Source: a bacterium
GTDB taxonomy: Bacteria; UBA8248
Length of the DNA stretch: 64,000 nt
Assembly: GCA_965199855.1 (NCBI GenBank)
Contig: OZ241326.1
Location: 2,816,001 to 2,880,000 of the forward strand
Reading direction: 5' to 3'
How positions within the stretch are numbered: the first letter of the stretch is position 1; every line of letters starts with the position of its first letter. The notes below the pieces were generated by a model. It was not told the DNA's origin. It saw nothing but the letters and a program-made list of their open reading frames with translations, and did not search any database. Positions 18,321 to 27,492 of the stretch are shown piece after piece. Position numbers and translations under genes: made by a program.

Positions 18321-19136
18321 TCATTCGCTCATCGAAGGCCCGGGCAGTATAGCAGAACCGGGGCGGCTTTCGCGCGCCGCATCCCCGAGGCGCCGCCGGT
18401 GGATTTCCTCCGCCCGCGCCAGGTCCGCCTTCGTGTTCACCCCCAGCGCCTCCTCGGGCGCGGCCAGGGCGGCGCCCAGAACCGCGCGCCCCCCGGCGCG
18501 CGCGAGGGCGATGACGTCGGGCAGGTGGAACTCCCCCCGGCTGTTCCCGGGGCGGACGCGCGGCAGGGCTTCGCGCAGAAAGGCGGCCTCGAACGCATAG
18601 GCGCCCGCGTTGACCTCCGCGATTTCCCTCTGCGCCTCCGACGCGTCCGCCTCCTCCACCACGCCCAGGAGCGCGCCGCCCTCGCGCAGCACGCGCCCGT
18701 AGCCGCGCGGATCGTCCAGGACGGCCGTGAGCATGGTGACGGCCGCGCCCGCCTCCTCGTGCAGGCGCGCCAGCCGCCCGAGCGTCCCGGCGCGCAGCAG
18801 GGGCGCGTCGCCGCACAGCAGGAAGAGGCGCTCCGCGCTCTCCGGCAGGGCGGCGAGGCCCACCCCGGCGGCGTGGGCGGTGCCGCGCTGCTCCTCCTGA
18901 CGGGCGAAGAGGAGGTCCGCGCCCTCGCCCGCGAAGGCTTCCCGCACCGCCCCGGCCTGGTGGCCCACGACGAGGACGACGGGCGACGCCCCCGCCTCCC
19001 GCGCGGCGGCCACCACGCGGCGCGCCATGGGCCTGCCGCCCAGGGGATGGAGCGCCTTCGCCAGGGGGGATTCCATGCGCGTCCCCCGGCCGGCGGCGAG
19101 AACGACGGCGGCGAACCCCGCCCTCCGGGACGCCAA
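18321..19136 (-). CDS. GlmU N-terminal uridylyltransferase domain only
   Basis: TTG start after a GGAGGTGAGG RBS. VVLAAGRGTRMES..AK.LH, QRGTAHA, LCGDAPL, GYGRV, VEEADA, EVNAGAY, GVN; ends before the beta-helix. Confidence 0.8.
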   Translation of the reverse strand: MASRRAGFAAVVLAAGRGTRMESPLAKALHPLGGRPMARRVVAAAREAGASPVVLVVGHQAGAVREAFAGEGADLLFARQEEQRGTAHAAGVGLAALPESAERLFLLCGDAPLLRAGTLGRLARLHEEAGAAVTMLTAVLDDPRGYGRVLREGGALLGVVEEADASEAQREIAEVNAGAYAFEAAFLREALPRVRPGNSRGEFHLPDVIALARAGGRAVLGAALAAPEEALGVNTKADLARAEEIHRRRLGDAARESRPGSAILPGPSMSE

Positions 19137-19141
19137 GCGCC

Positions 19142-20524
19142 TCACCTCCGCCGGGCGGCGGGCGGCTTGAGGAGGCCGAACTCCCGGAGCTTTCTTCTGA
19201 GCGTGTTGCGGTTCATGCCCAGCAGGCGCGCCGCCCGCGTCTGGCTGCCGCCCGCCTCGCGCAGCGCCAGCTCCAGCAGGGGCTTCTCCACGCTGCGGAT
19301 GGCGTGCTCGTAGAAGTCGCCGCCCCCTCCCTCCCCCAGGGCGGCGACCACGGAGGAGAGCCGCTCCCGGAAGAAGTCCTCCATGTCGCCGCTCGCCCGC
19401 TTTCGGGGCGCGGGCCGCAGGTCCCCGAGCGAGATCGATCTCCCCTCGCTCGTGAGAAAGGCGCGGCAGACGGCCATCTCCAGCTCCGCCTCGTTTCCCC
19501 ACCACTTCTGCCGGGAGAACCACGCCAGCGCGGCGGGCGCGATGCGCCGCCTCGGCCGCCCCACGCGCTCGGCGAACTCATCCAGAACGCCCTGGGCCAC
19601 GAGCGCGATGTCCTTTCTCCTCTCGCGCAGCGGGGGAATCTCGACCGCGCAGGCCGCCTCCCCCCGATGCAGGCGCTTGATCACCTTGTCCTGTATCAGC
19701 CTCTCCGGGTCGCGCTCGCGCGCGAGTATCAGGCGGAACCCCTCGGAGACGCCGCCTCCCTCCAGCGCCTCCGCCAGCGCCTTCTGGCGCGCCGCGTCGA
19801 TGAGCTGGACGCTCTCGACGAAGAGCGTCCCGCCCCGCCGCATGACGTCGCCCTCCTCCCCGCGCCTCTCCGCGACGCGCCGGATGCCCCTGTCCAGAAG
19901 CGAGGCGCGCCGCATCCCCGGCCCCCAGCGCAGGAAGGGGTGGCGCGCCCCCGGGTGCCGGGCGTGCAGCGCGCGCGCGACCAGCCGGAAGTTCAGCCCC
20001 TTCTCGCCCTCCAGCAGGATGGCGCGGTATTTCGCGCCCGCCGCCCGAATGGCGCGCCTGAGCCGCCCGGCCGCCGCGCTCTCCCCCTCGAGCCGCCAGC
20101 CGCCGCTCCCCTCGCGCGCCTCCGCGCGAAGCCAGCCGAGCTCCCGCCGGCGCAGGCCCTCCTCGCCCAGGGCGCGGGCGAACTGGAGCACCTCCTCGGG
20201 CTGCACCTCGTCCACGAAGACGGCGCGCGCCCCCGCCTCGATGCTCAGGGGGGCGAGCCCCTTGTCCTCGGGGCGAAGCACCGCGGCCGCCGGCCTGCCC
20301 GCCGCGCCGATTCCGCGCAGCGCGCCCGCCCCGGCGCGCCCGGCCACCGCCTGGAGAACGAAGTCGCACCACTCCAGCCGGGGGCGCGCCGAGGCCGCGC
20401 TCTCCAGGTGGAGCGCCTCCACCCCGGCGGCGCGCAGGCCGCCGATCATGCGCTCCCTGCCCGGCGTCATGCCGCCGACGAAGAGCATCCTGGCGCGAGA
20501 CGCCTCTTTTTCGATCAGGCTCAC
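19142..20524 (-). CDS. Degenerate NtrC/sigma54-activator-like regulator with Fis-type HTH
   Basis: IPPLRERRKDI, WWGNEAELE, and C-terminal VEKPLLELAL...GSQTRAARLLGMNRNTLRRKL. Walker A and GAFTGA are not recognisable. Confidence 0.8.
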   Translation of the reverse strand: MSLIEKEASRARMLFVGGMTPGRERMIGGLRAAGVEALHLESAASARPRLEWCDFVLQAVAGRAGAGALRGIGAAGRPAAAVLRPEDKGLAPLSIEAGARAVFVDEVQPEEVLQFARALGEEGLRRRELGWLRAEAREGSGGWRLEGESAAAGRLRRAIRAAGAKYRAILLEGEKGLNFRLVARALHARHPGARHPFLRWGPGMRRASLLDRGIRRVAERRGEEGDVMRRGGTLFVESVQLIDAARQKALAEALEGGGVSEGFRLILARERDPERLIQDKVIKRLHRGEAACAVEIPPLRERRKDIALVAQGVLDEFAERVGRPRRRIAPAALAWFSRQKWWGNEAELEMAVCRAFLTSEGRSISLGDLRPAPRKRASGDMEDFFRERLSSVVAALGEGGGGDFYEHAIRSVEKPLLELALREAGGSQTRAARLLGMNRNTLRRKLREFGLLKPPAARRR

Positions 20525-20536
20525 CGGCGCGCCACC

Positions 20537-20845
20537 TCAAGAAACTTTCCGAAACACGGGCCCGGCCTCCGAGAGGCCCGAGAAGGCCACGGGGTCGCCG
20601 ATGGCCGGCTCGCCTCCCCCCGCGTCCTCCAGGCGGGCGAGAACCCGTCCTCCCTCCTCCAGCTCCACCAGGGCGAGCAGGTAGGGCGTCGGCGTCCCGG
20701 GAGGCCCCACGTGGACGGCCGAGAAGGCGTAGAGCGTCCCCCGGCCGGAAGCCTCCCGCGCCTCCGTCTCCCCGCCGCAATGCGCGCAGCGGGCAGCGGC
20801 CTCCAGGCGAACCCGCCCGCAGCCCCCGCAAACGGATGCGTCCAT
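20537..20845 (-). CDS. DUF35 Zn-ribbon/OB-fold protein
   Basis: CGGC...CAHC, GRGTLYAFSAV, PYLLALVELEEG; follows a thiolase. Confidence 0.85.
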   Translation of the reverse strand: MDASVCGGCGRVRLEAAARCAHCGGETEAREASGRGTLYAFSAVHVGPPGTPTPYLLALVELEEGGRVLARLEDAGGGEPAIGDPVAFSGLSEAGPVFRKVS

Positions 20846-20872
20846 GGGCGATTCAGCCGTCCCCGGCCGCGC

Positions 20873-22030
20873 TCAGGCGGCGGCCAGAATGTGGACGGCG
20901 CACGTGGCGCCCGAGCCGCCCAGGTTGTGAGCCAGCCCCGTCTCCGCGCCCGGAACCTGGCGCGCCCCCGCCTCGCCGCGCAGCTGCAGCGCGAGTTCGT
21001 GAATCTGCGCCACCCCCGTCGCCCCCACGGGGTGGCCCTTCGCCTTGAGCCCCCCGCTCGCGTTCACCGGCAGCACCCCGCCGAGCCGGGTCACGCCCTC
21101 GGCGGCGCCGCGGCCGCCCTCGCCCCTGGCGAAAAACCCGAGGTCCTCGAGCGCCACGATCTCCGCGATCGTGAAGCAGTCGTGCACCTCCGCCAGGTCG
21201 ATGTCCTCGCGGCCGAGCCCCGCCCGGGCGAAGGCCTCCTCCCCCGCCCGCCGCGCGGCGCGAAAGGAGGTGATGCCGCGCTTGTCGGAGAGGGCGGGAG
21301 AGTCGGACGCCTGCGCCGAGGCCAGCACCCGGACGGGCTTCGCGCGATGGTCGGAGGCCATCTCCGTCGGGCACAGCGCGACGGCCGCCGCCCCGTCGCT
21401 GATGAGCGAGCAGTCGAACACGCCGAGCGGCTCGGCCACGCGCCTCGCGTCCAGCACCTGGGCGAGCGAGACTTCCTTTCGCGCGTGCGCGTTGGGGTTG
21501 AGCCTGCCGTGGGCGTGGTTCTTCACCGCCACGTGGGCGAGCTCCTCGCGCGTGGTGCCGTGCTCGTGCATGTGGCGGCGGGCGATGAGGCCGAACAGCG
21601 CGGGGAAGGTGGCGCCGACGCGCCCCTCGACCCCCACGTCCCCGGCGGCGGCGAGGATGGCGGCCGTCTCCTCGGAGGAGGCGGATGTCATCTTCTCCGC
21701 GCCGGCGACGAGGACGAAATCCGCCTGGCCGGAGGCGACCGCCAGCGCCCCCTGGCGCATGGCGAGTCCGCCCGAGGCGCACGCCCCCTCGAGCCGGGCG
21801 CAGGGAATCGCCCCCAGCCCCGCCGCGTGCGCCACCACGGGCGCCAGATGGCTCTGCCCGACGAAGGCGTGGCCCGCGAAGTTTCCGAGAAAAAACGCCT
21901 CGATTCGCCCGGGCGCCAGGCCGGCGTCGGCGAGCGCGCTCCGGCAGGCCGCCGCGCCCAGGGCGGCCAGGCCCTCCTCGCGCGCCCCGAAGGGCGTGAC
22001 GCCGATTCCGATGATGGACACCTCGCGCAA
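20873..22030 (-). CDS. Thiolase (SCP-x-like family)
   Basis: EGACASG, AEVHDCF, NASGGLKAKGHPVGATG, HNLGG. Confidence 0.9.
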   Translation of the reverse strand: MREVSIIGIGVTPFGAREEGLAALGAAACRSALADAGLAPGRIEAFFLGNFAGHAFVGQSHLAPVVAHAAGLGAIPCARLEGACASGGLAMRQGALAVASGQADFVLVAGAEKMTSASSEETAAILAAAGDVGVEGRVGATFPALFGLIARRHMHEHGTTREELAHVAVKNHAHGRLNPNAHARKEVSLAQVLDARRVAEPLGVFDCSLISDGAAAVALCPTEMASDHRAKPVRVLASAQASDSPALSDKRGITSFRAARRAGEEAFARAGLGREDIDLAEVHDCFTIAEIVALEDLGFFARGEGGRGAAEGVTRLGGVLPVNASGGLKAKGHPVGATGVAQIHELALQLRGEAGARQVPGAETGLAHNLGGSGATCAVHILAAA

Positions 22031-22049
22031 CGCCCGTCCTCCTTCCCGC

Positions 22050-23378
22050 TCAGAGCCTCGACCCGCGCAGGTCGAGAAGCCTTTGCGCCTTGAACGTCGT
22101 CCTCTCGAAAGAGCCCGCCGGCAGCACCTCCACCTCCGGCGTCACCAGAAGCGCCGCGCCCAGCCGCTCGCGCAGCGCGTCGGCCAGGCCGCCGCCCGCC
22201 TCGCCCCCGGCGGATTCGGCGACGACGACGCAACGATCCCGCCCCGTCGCCGCGTCCGGGCGCAGCTCCACGCGGAACTCGCTGCTCAGGCCGGCGAAGC
22301 CCCGCACCACCTCCTCCACCTGGACGGGGTAGAACTTCGCCCCCTTGTAGATGACGAGGTCGTCAAGGCGGCCCAGAATGCCCCCCGGCGAGCGCAGGTG
22401 CGTCCTCCCGCAGGGGCTGGGCGCGCCGACGGCGCGCGCGAAGTCGTTCGTCCAGTAGCGCAGCATGGGCGTGGCCTCGCGCGTGAGGTGCGTGATGACG
22501 AGAACGCCGACCTCCCCCTCCCGCGCGGGCTTTTTCGTCTCCGGATCGATCACCTCGACGACGTGGTGATCCTCCGACCAGATGAGGCCCGACTTCGCCG
22601 TCGATTCGCTGGCGAAGGTGGGGCCGATCTCGCCCAGCCCGTAATAGTCGTAGGCGTCGATTCCGAGGGCGGCCTCGACGCGCGCGCGCGTGGCGGGATT
22701 CTGCGCGCCCGCCTCGCCGCCGAAGGCGCCGATTTTCAGGGGAATCTCCCCGGGGTCCACGCCGCTCTCCCTGAGCCTCTCGCCGATGTAGAGGCCGTAG
22801 CTCGGGGTGCTCAGGAGCGCGGTCGAGCCGAGGGTGGTGAGGTAGAGGATCTGCCGATCCGTCATGGCCGCGCCGATGGGGATGATGAAGCAGCCGATCT
22901 TCCGCGCGGCGTAGTGGACGCTCATGCCGGCGACCCACAGGCCGTAGCTGAAGGCGTTCTGGACGACGTCGTCCGGCCGCGCCCCGAAGCTCCACATCGT
23001 GCGCGCCGTGAAGTCCGCGATGCTCTCCACGTCCGCCCGGCTCCAGATCGTGCTGACGGGAACCCCCGTCGTGCCCGTGGAGGGGTGCAGCTCCGCCCAC
23101 GTCTCCGGCGGAGCGACGGCGTAGCGCCCGAAGGGCGGGTGGCTTCGCTGCTCGTCCCGGAGCTCCTGCTTCGTGACGAAGGGAACGTTCCGGAGATCGT
23201 CGAGCGAGCGCACGGAGCCGGGCCCCACGCCGCCCGCGTCGAGGCGCTCGCGGTAGAATTCCGAGCCTTCATAGCAGCGGCGAACCTGGCACTTCAGGCG
23301 CTCGAGCTGAAGGGCGGCGAGCTCGTCCCTCGCCATGCGCTCGACGCGCTCATCCCAGAAATCCCCGCTTCCCGCCAC
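22050..23378 (-). CDS. Phenylacetate-CoA ligase family protein
   Basis: Start re-set to GTG (MAGSGDFWD). PFVTKQELR, STGTTG, FSYGLWVAG, YGLGEIGP, LRYWTND, GRLDD. Confidence 0.85.
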   Translation of the reverse strand: MAGSGDFWDERVERMARDELAALQLERLKCQVRRCYEGSEFYRERLDAGGVGPGSVRSLDDLRNVPFVTKQELRDEQRSHPPFGRYAVAPPETWAELHPSTGTTGVPVSTIWSRADVESIADFTARTMWSFGARPDDVVQNAFSYGLWVAGMSVHYAARKIGCFIIPIGAAMTDRQILYLTTLGSTALLSTPSYGLYIGERLRESGVDPGEIPLKIGAFGGEAGAQNPATRARVEAALGIDAYDYYGLGEIGPTFASESTAKSGLIWSEDHHVVEVIDPETKKPAREGEVGVLVITHLTREATPMLRYWTNDFARAVGAPSPCGRTHLRSPGGILGRLDDLVIYKGAKFYPVQVEEVVRGFAGLSSEFRVELRPDAATGRDRCVVVAESAGGEAGGGLADALRERLGAALLVTPEVEVLPAGSFERTTFKAQRLLDLRGSRL

Positions 23379-23574
23379 GGCCGAGCGCCCTTCGGAACGA
23401 GAAAAAGAGGACGGAAGACGCGCGCGGCGTCTCCGAACCGCCCCAGAATTTTTCCGGGAAAATCGCCCGCGAAAATAGCACGCCGCGCCGCGCCGCGCAA
23501 GGAGCCGCGCTTTCGGCAAGACGCGAGAGGGCGGAAAGGCCCCACCAGGCCGTCTAGGCGGCGCGCCGGGGGCT

Positions 23575-25452
23575 TCAGGGCGTTATCGTGGTTCCCGCCG
23601 CCTGCGGGTCTCCCAGCGCGTCGAGCATCGCGCCCACCACCCGCGCCGTTGAGGGGCGGCCCGTCAGGTTCAGGACGAAGCCCTCCATGAGCTCCCGCCG
23701 CATCCAGCCGGCGACCACCGCCGCCTCGTCCAGCGCCTCCGGCGCCGCCTTCGGGCGCCTGAAGCCCTCATCCCGGAAGATCTCCCCTATCTTCTCCTCC
23801 AGGGCGCGAACGGGCGGCGCGCCCCGCTCGAAGGCGAGCTCGTGCGCCAGCAGCCCGTCCCGGATGAGGTAGCAGCGCCTGCGCTCGCGCGTCTCGCCCG
23901 GCTCGACGATGACGATCCTCCTCCTCTCGACGGAGGGGCCCGAGAGCGCGTACGTCCGCGTCAGGTGCACAAGGCGGCCCAGGCGCCGCCTGAGCCTGCC
24001 CGCCGGGGGCGCCTCCTCCTTCCAGGCGCGCCGCAGGAGGGCGAGCGCCTCCCCCTCGTCCCGCCTGCGGAGGCGGCCCTCCAGAACGGCCTCCAGGACG
24101 CCCAGCAGCGCCTCGCGCCCGGAATCCGCCGGCCCGGTGGATTTTCTTCCGCGCGGGAGGGCGCCGCGCTCTCCGTCGCCGCGGTATTCGGCCGGCGTCT
24201 CGCCCGGTATCGGAAAGACGCCGCAGACGGCCTCCAGCAAATCGGCCAGCTGCGCCTTCTTGCGGAAGGGGCCGTAGTAGCGCGCCCCGTCCTGGAGGAG
24301 GCGGGCGGCGACCGACGCCCCGGGCCGCGCCCCGCCGGAGGCGATCCGCAGAAAGCCCGCCCCCGCCACGGAGAGTCCCCCGTTCGTCAGGCGCGCCTTC
24401 CGCATCGCGCGGAACGCCTCCAGGTTCATGACGAGTTCGCTACGGAGCGGCTGCGCCTCCACGCGGCGCGCGTCCTTCAGCTTCAGGGCGAAGCGCCCGG
24501 CGGCGCGATTCCTGGGGTGGAGCAAATCCCGCGCCGCCCGCCGCAGGTCGTTCGCCCTGCCCGCGAACAGGAGCCCGTCCGCCCCGTCGTAGAGGCGATA
24601 GACGCCGCGCTCCCGGGGGAGCGCCTCGATTTCCGAGGGGTCGATGCGGACCCCCTTCGCCATCGGGGGCGGGGGCGCCTCGGCCGGCGCCTGGAACGCG
24701 AGCAGGGATTCCAGGCTCTCAAGGCCCAGAAGCCTGCACATCCGCGTGAGGCGGATGAAAATCTCCGCCGTCGCGCGCGCGTCGCCCAGGGCGCGGTGCC
24801 TGTCCTCCCCGCCGCCGCGAACCCCCAGCGCCGCGCCCAGCTCGCCCAGGTTGAAGCGCTTCTGCTCCGGCAGGAGGCGGCTCGCCAGCTCGAACGTGCA
24901 CAGAACCGGAGGAGAAAAATCGCGCCCCAGGAACTCCTCGGCGTAATAGCGCAGAAAGCCGAAGTCGAAGTTCGCGCAATGGGCGACGAAGACGCAGCCC
25001 TCGATGAAGTCCAGAAACCCGGGCAGGGCGTCCATGAGGCCCGGCTTGTCCGCCACCATGGCGTCGGTGATGCCGGTGAGGCGCGAGACGTTCCAGGGAA
25101 TCTCGCGGCGCGGATTCACCAGGGCGTCGAAGGAGTCCGCCGCCCGGCCCGCGCGAACCTTGAGGGCGGCGAGCTCCGTGATGCGGTGCTGGGGGGGGCG
25201 TCCGCCCGTGGTCTCTATGTCGACCACGGCGAAGGTGGTTTCGGGCAGATGCGGGCGCGCGAGCAGGCGCGCCGCCTCGTCCGCGTCCAGGGGGCCGCGG
25301 CCGTTGCCGTCGATCCCGCCGAGAAGGGGGGCGACGGCGGCGAGCGCCGCGGAATCGTCCGCGCATTCGAGACCCAGGGCGTCCCGGACGCGCCGGAACG
25401 CGGGGGACTCCCGAATCGCCTCTCTCCGCTCTCTCTCCGCTTCGCGATCCAT
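23575..25452 (-). CDS. DEDDh (Pol III epsilon-like) exonuclease fused to UvrC-like GIY-YIG region
   Basis: FAVVDIETTG, VAHCANFD, HRALGDARAT; then LPRERGVYRLY...LLFAGRANDLR and YYGPF. Confidence 0.8.
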   Translation of the reverse strand: MDREAERERREAIRESPAFRRVRDALGLECADDSAALAAVAPLLGGIDGNGRGPLDADEAARLLARPHLPETTFAVVDIETTGGRPPQHRITELAALKVRAGRAADSFDALVNPRREIPWNVSRLTGITDAMVADKPGLMDALPGFLDFIEGCVFVAHCANFDFGFLRYYAEEFLGRDFSPPVLCTFELASRLLPEQKRFNLGELGAALGVRGGGEDRHRALGDARATAEIFIRLTRMCRLLGLESLESLLAFQAPAEAPPPPMAKGVRIDPSEIEALPRERGVYRLYDGADGLLFAGRANDLRRAARDLLHPRNRAAGRFALKLKDARRVEAQPLRSELVMNLEAFRAMRKARLTNGGLSVAGAGFLRIASGGARPGASVAARLLQDGARYYGPFRKKAQLADLLEAVCGVFPIPGETPAEYRGDGERGALPRGRKSTGPADSGREALLGVLEAVLEGRLRRRDEGEALALLRRAWKEEAPPAGRLRRRLGRLVHLTRTYALSGPSVERRRIVIVEPGETRERRRCYLIRDGLLAHELAFERGAPPVRALEEKIGEIFRDEGFRRPKAAPEALDEAAVVAGWMRRELMEGFVLNLTGRPSTARVVGAMLDALGDPQAAGTTITP

Positions 25453-25618
25453 CCGAGCCTGCGCTTTCGTGAAAACCCAAGGGGCACTCCGCGCCGACGC
25501 GCGGGCGGCGAATGTAGCAGAAAGCGCGCGGGAATCCCAGCCGCCGCCGCGCGCGTTCACCGGGCCCGCCCGTTCTGGTATAAACGCGGGGAATCGTCCG
25601 CCATCGGGGAGAGCAGCC

Positions 25619-25924
25619 TTGTTCGGAAGCATCGGCATGACGGAGCTGATCGTGATCCTCGTGGTCGCCCTGGTCGTCATCGGCCCCAAGCGTCTGCCGG
25701 AGCTGGCGCGCACGCTCGGAAAGGCGCTGGGCGACTTCAAGCGCGCGACCTCGGACTTTCAGGACAGCTTCAGCCTGGAGGACGACTACGACCTTCTCGA
25801 CGAGGACGAGAAGAGGAAGGAGGCGCAGGGCGGGAAGAGCGGGGAGGAGGAGGAGGCCGCCCCCGGGAGCGGGACGGAGCCCGGAAAGACCGAAGCCGCG
25901 CGAGAGGACGGCGCGAAGACGTGA
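25619..25924 (+). CDS. Twin-arginine translocase subunit TatA/TatB
   Basis: TTG start: MFGSIGMTELIVILVVALVVIGPKRLPELARTLGK; acidic tail; overlaps tatC. Confidence 0.9.
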   Translation: MFGSIGMTELIVILVVALVVIGPKRLPELARTLGKALGDFKRATSDFQDSFSLEDDYDLLDEDEKRKEAQGGKSGEEEEAAPGSGTEPGKTEAAREDGAKT

Positions 25925-26670
25925 GCGGCGACGCCTCCATGTCCCTCACCGGGCACCTGACGGAACTGCGCAACCGAATCCTCTACATCCTCGGAGCAAT
26001 CCTCGCCGCGTTTCTGGGCGCCTATTTCTTCTCGAACGAGCTGCTGGCGATCGCGCAACGCCCCATCGCCGGCCAGAAGCTCGTCTTCCTCTCGCCCACG
26101 GAGGCGTTCTTCGCCCACATCAAGGTCTCGTTCTTCTGCTCGGTGTTCGTGAGCCTGCCCGTCATCCTGCTCCAGATCTGGCGCTTCTGCGCCCCGGGGT
26201 TGCGGGATCGGGAGAAGCGCTACGCCGCGCCCTTCGTGTTCTTCTCGACCCTGAGCTTCATCGCGGGCGCGCTCTTCTGCTACTTCCTGATTCTCCCCTA
26301 CGGCCTCGCCTTTCTCCTGAGCTTCGCCACCGACGCCCTCACCCCCCAGATTTCCATCGGCTTCTACATCTCCTTCGCCTTCAAGCTCATCCTCACGTTC
26401 GGGCTGGTGTTCGAGGTGCCCGTTCTCACCGTCCTGCTCGTGCGGCTCGGCGTCATCACGCCCGCCTTCCTCTCCAGGAACCGGGGATACGTCTGCGTCG
26501 GCGCCTTCGTCATGGCCGCCCTGCTCACGCCGCCGGACGTGGTGACGCAGGCGCTTCTGGCGGGGCCCATCATCGTCCTGTTCGAGATCAGCATCCTCGT
26601 CTCGAAAGTCATCGTCCGCCGCAAGAAGAAGCGCGAGGCGGAGCGGGAGAGGGAGGAGGAGGACGGCTAG
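25921..26670 (+). CDS. tatC: Twin-arginine translocase subunit TatC
   Basis: MSLTGHLTELRNR, SPTEAF, QIWRFCAPGL, FGLVFEVP, LTPPDVVTQ. Confidence 0.95.
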   Translation: MSGDASMSLTGHLTELRNRILYILGAILAAFLGAYFFSNELLAIAQRPIAGQKLVFLSPTEAFFAHIKVSFFCSVFVSLPVILLQIWRFCAPGLRDREKRYAAPFVFFSTLSFIAGALFCYFLILPYGLAFLLSFATDALTPQISIGFYISFAFKLILTFGLVFEVPVLTVLLVRLGVITPAFLSRNRGYVCVGAFVMAALLTPPDVVTQALLAGPIIVLFEISILVSKVIVRRKKKREAEREREEEDG

Positions 26671-26718
26671 GCCCGCGCGGCGCCGCGAGAAAGCCCGCGG
26701 CTCGCGGGCCAGCGTCCG

Positions 26719-27492
26719 CTACGCCGGAGCCGACGTTCGCGGCTCAAGCGCCGCGTCTATTTCGTCCATGATCCCCTGCGCCGCGGCTCGCGGGTCCCGG
26801 GCGTTCAACACGGGCCTGCCCACGACGAGATAGTCCGCTCCCAGCCCTATCGCCTCGCCCGGAGTCGCGCTTCTTTTGTGATCGTCCGCCGCCGCCCCCG
26901 CCGGCCTGATTCCGGGGCTCACGATGTCCGCTTCCGGGAAACGCTCTCGACAAGCGCCTATGGCACCGCCGGAAACGATCAATCCGTCGCATCCCCGCTC
27001 CAGCATCGCCCCCCCCCGCTCAACGATATATTCGGTCGGGTCGAGCTTCACGCCCTTGGCGCTCCGCAAATCGTCGGCGTTGAGGCTGGACAGCAACGGC
27101 ACCATCAGCAGTTTTGGATATTTCCGATCGCCGCGCGCATCTATGGCGATTTCAATCGTTTTCGCCGTGATCGCGAGCGCCGCGGATTCCACCAGGGTGA
27201 TGAATTTGACGTTCAGATTGCCGCAACTTTCGACGAATCTGGCGATCGTATTGCCAATGTCGCCCGACAGCTTGAGGTCGAGGAAGACGCCCCCGCGCCC
27301 GGCGCGCCGCTCCTGAAGATTCTTGATGAACCCGAGAACGTCGCCGGCGAGAAACAACTCGAGGCCGACCTTGAAGAAGGAAACGTTGTCGAGCCGCTCG
27401 ACCATCTCGAACGCCCGCTCGTGCGTGGGGACGTCGAGCGCGACGATGAGGCGGCCTTTTCCTCTCAGCCCCCCCGACCGCTCCTGAGCCAT
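26719..27492 (-). CDS. pyrF: Orotidine-5'-phosphate decarboxylase
   Basis: LIVALD, FFKVG, FLDLK, VSPGIRP, DDHKR..TP, YLVVGRP. Confidence 0.88.
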   Translation of the reverse strand: MAQERSGGLRGKGRLIVALDVPTHERAFEMVERLDNVSFFKVGLELFLAGDVLGFIKNLQERRAGRGGVFLDLKLSGDIGNTIARFVESCGNLNVKFITLVESAALAITAKTIEIAIDARGDRKYPKLLMVPLLSSLNADDLRSAKGVKLDPTEYIVERGGAMLERGCDGLIVSGGAIGACRERFPEADIVSPGIRPAGAAADDHKRSATPGEAIGLGADYLVVGRPVLNARDPRAAAQGIMDEIDAALEPRTSAPA

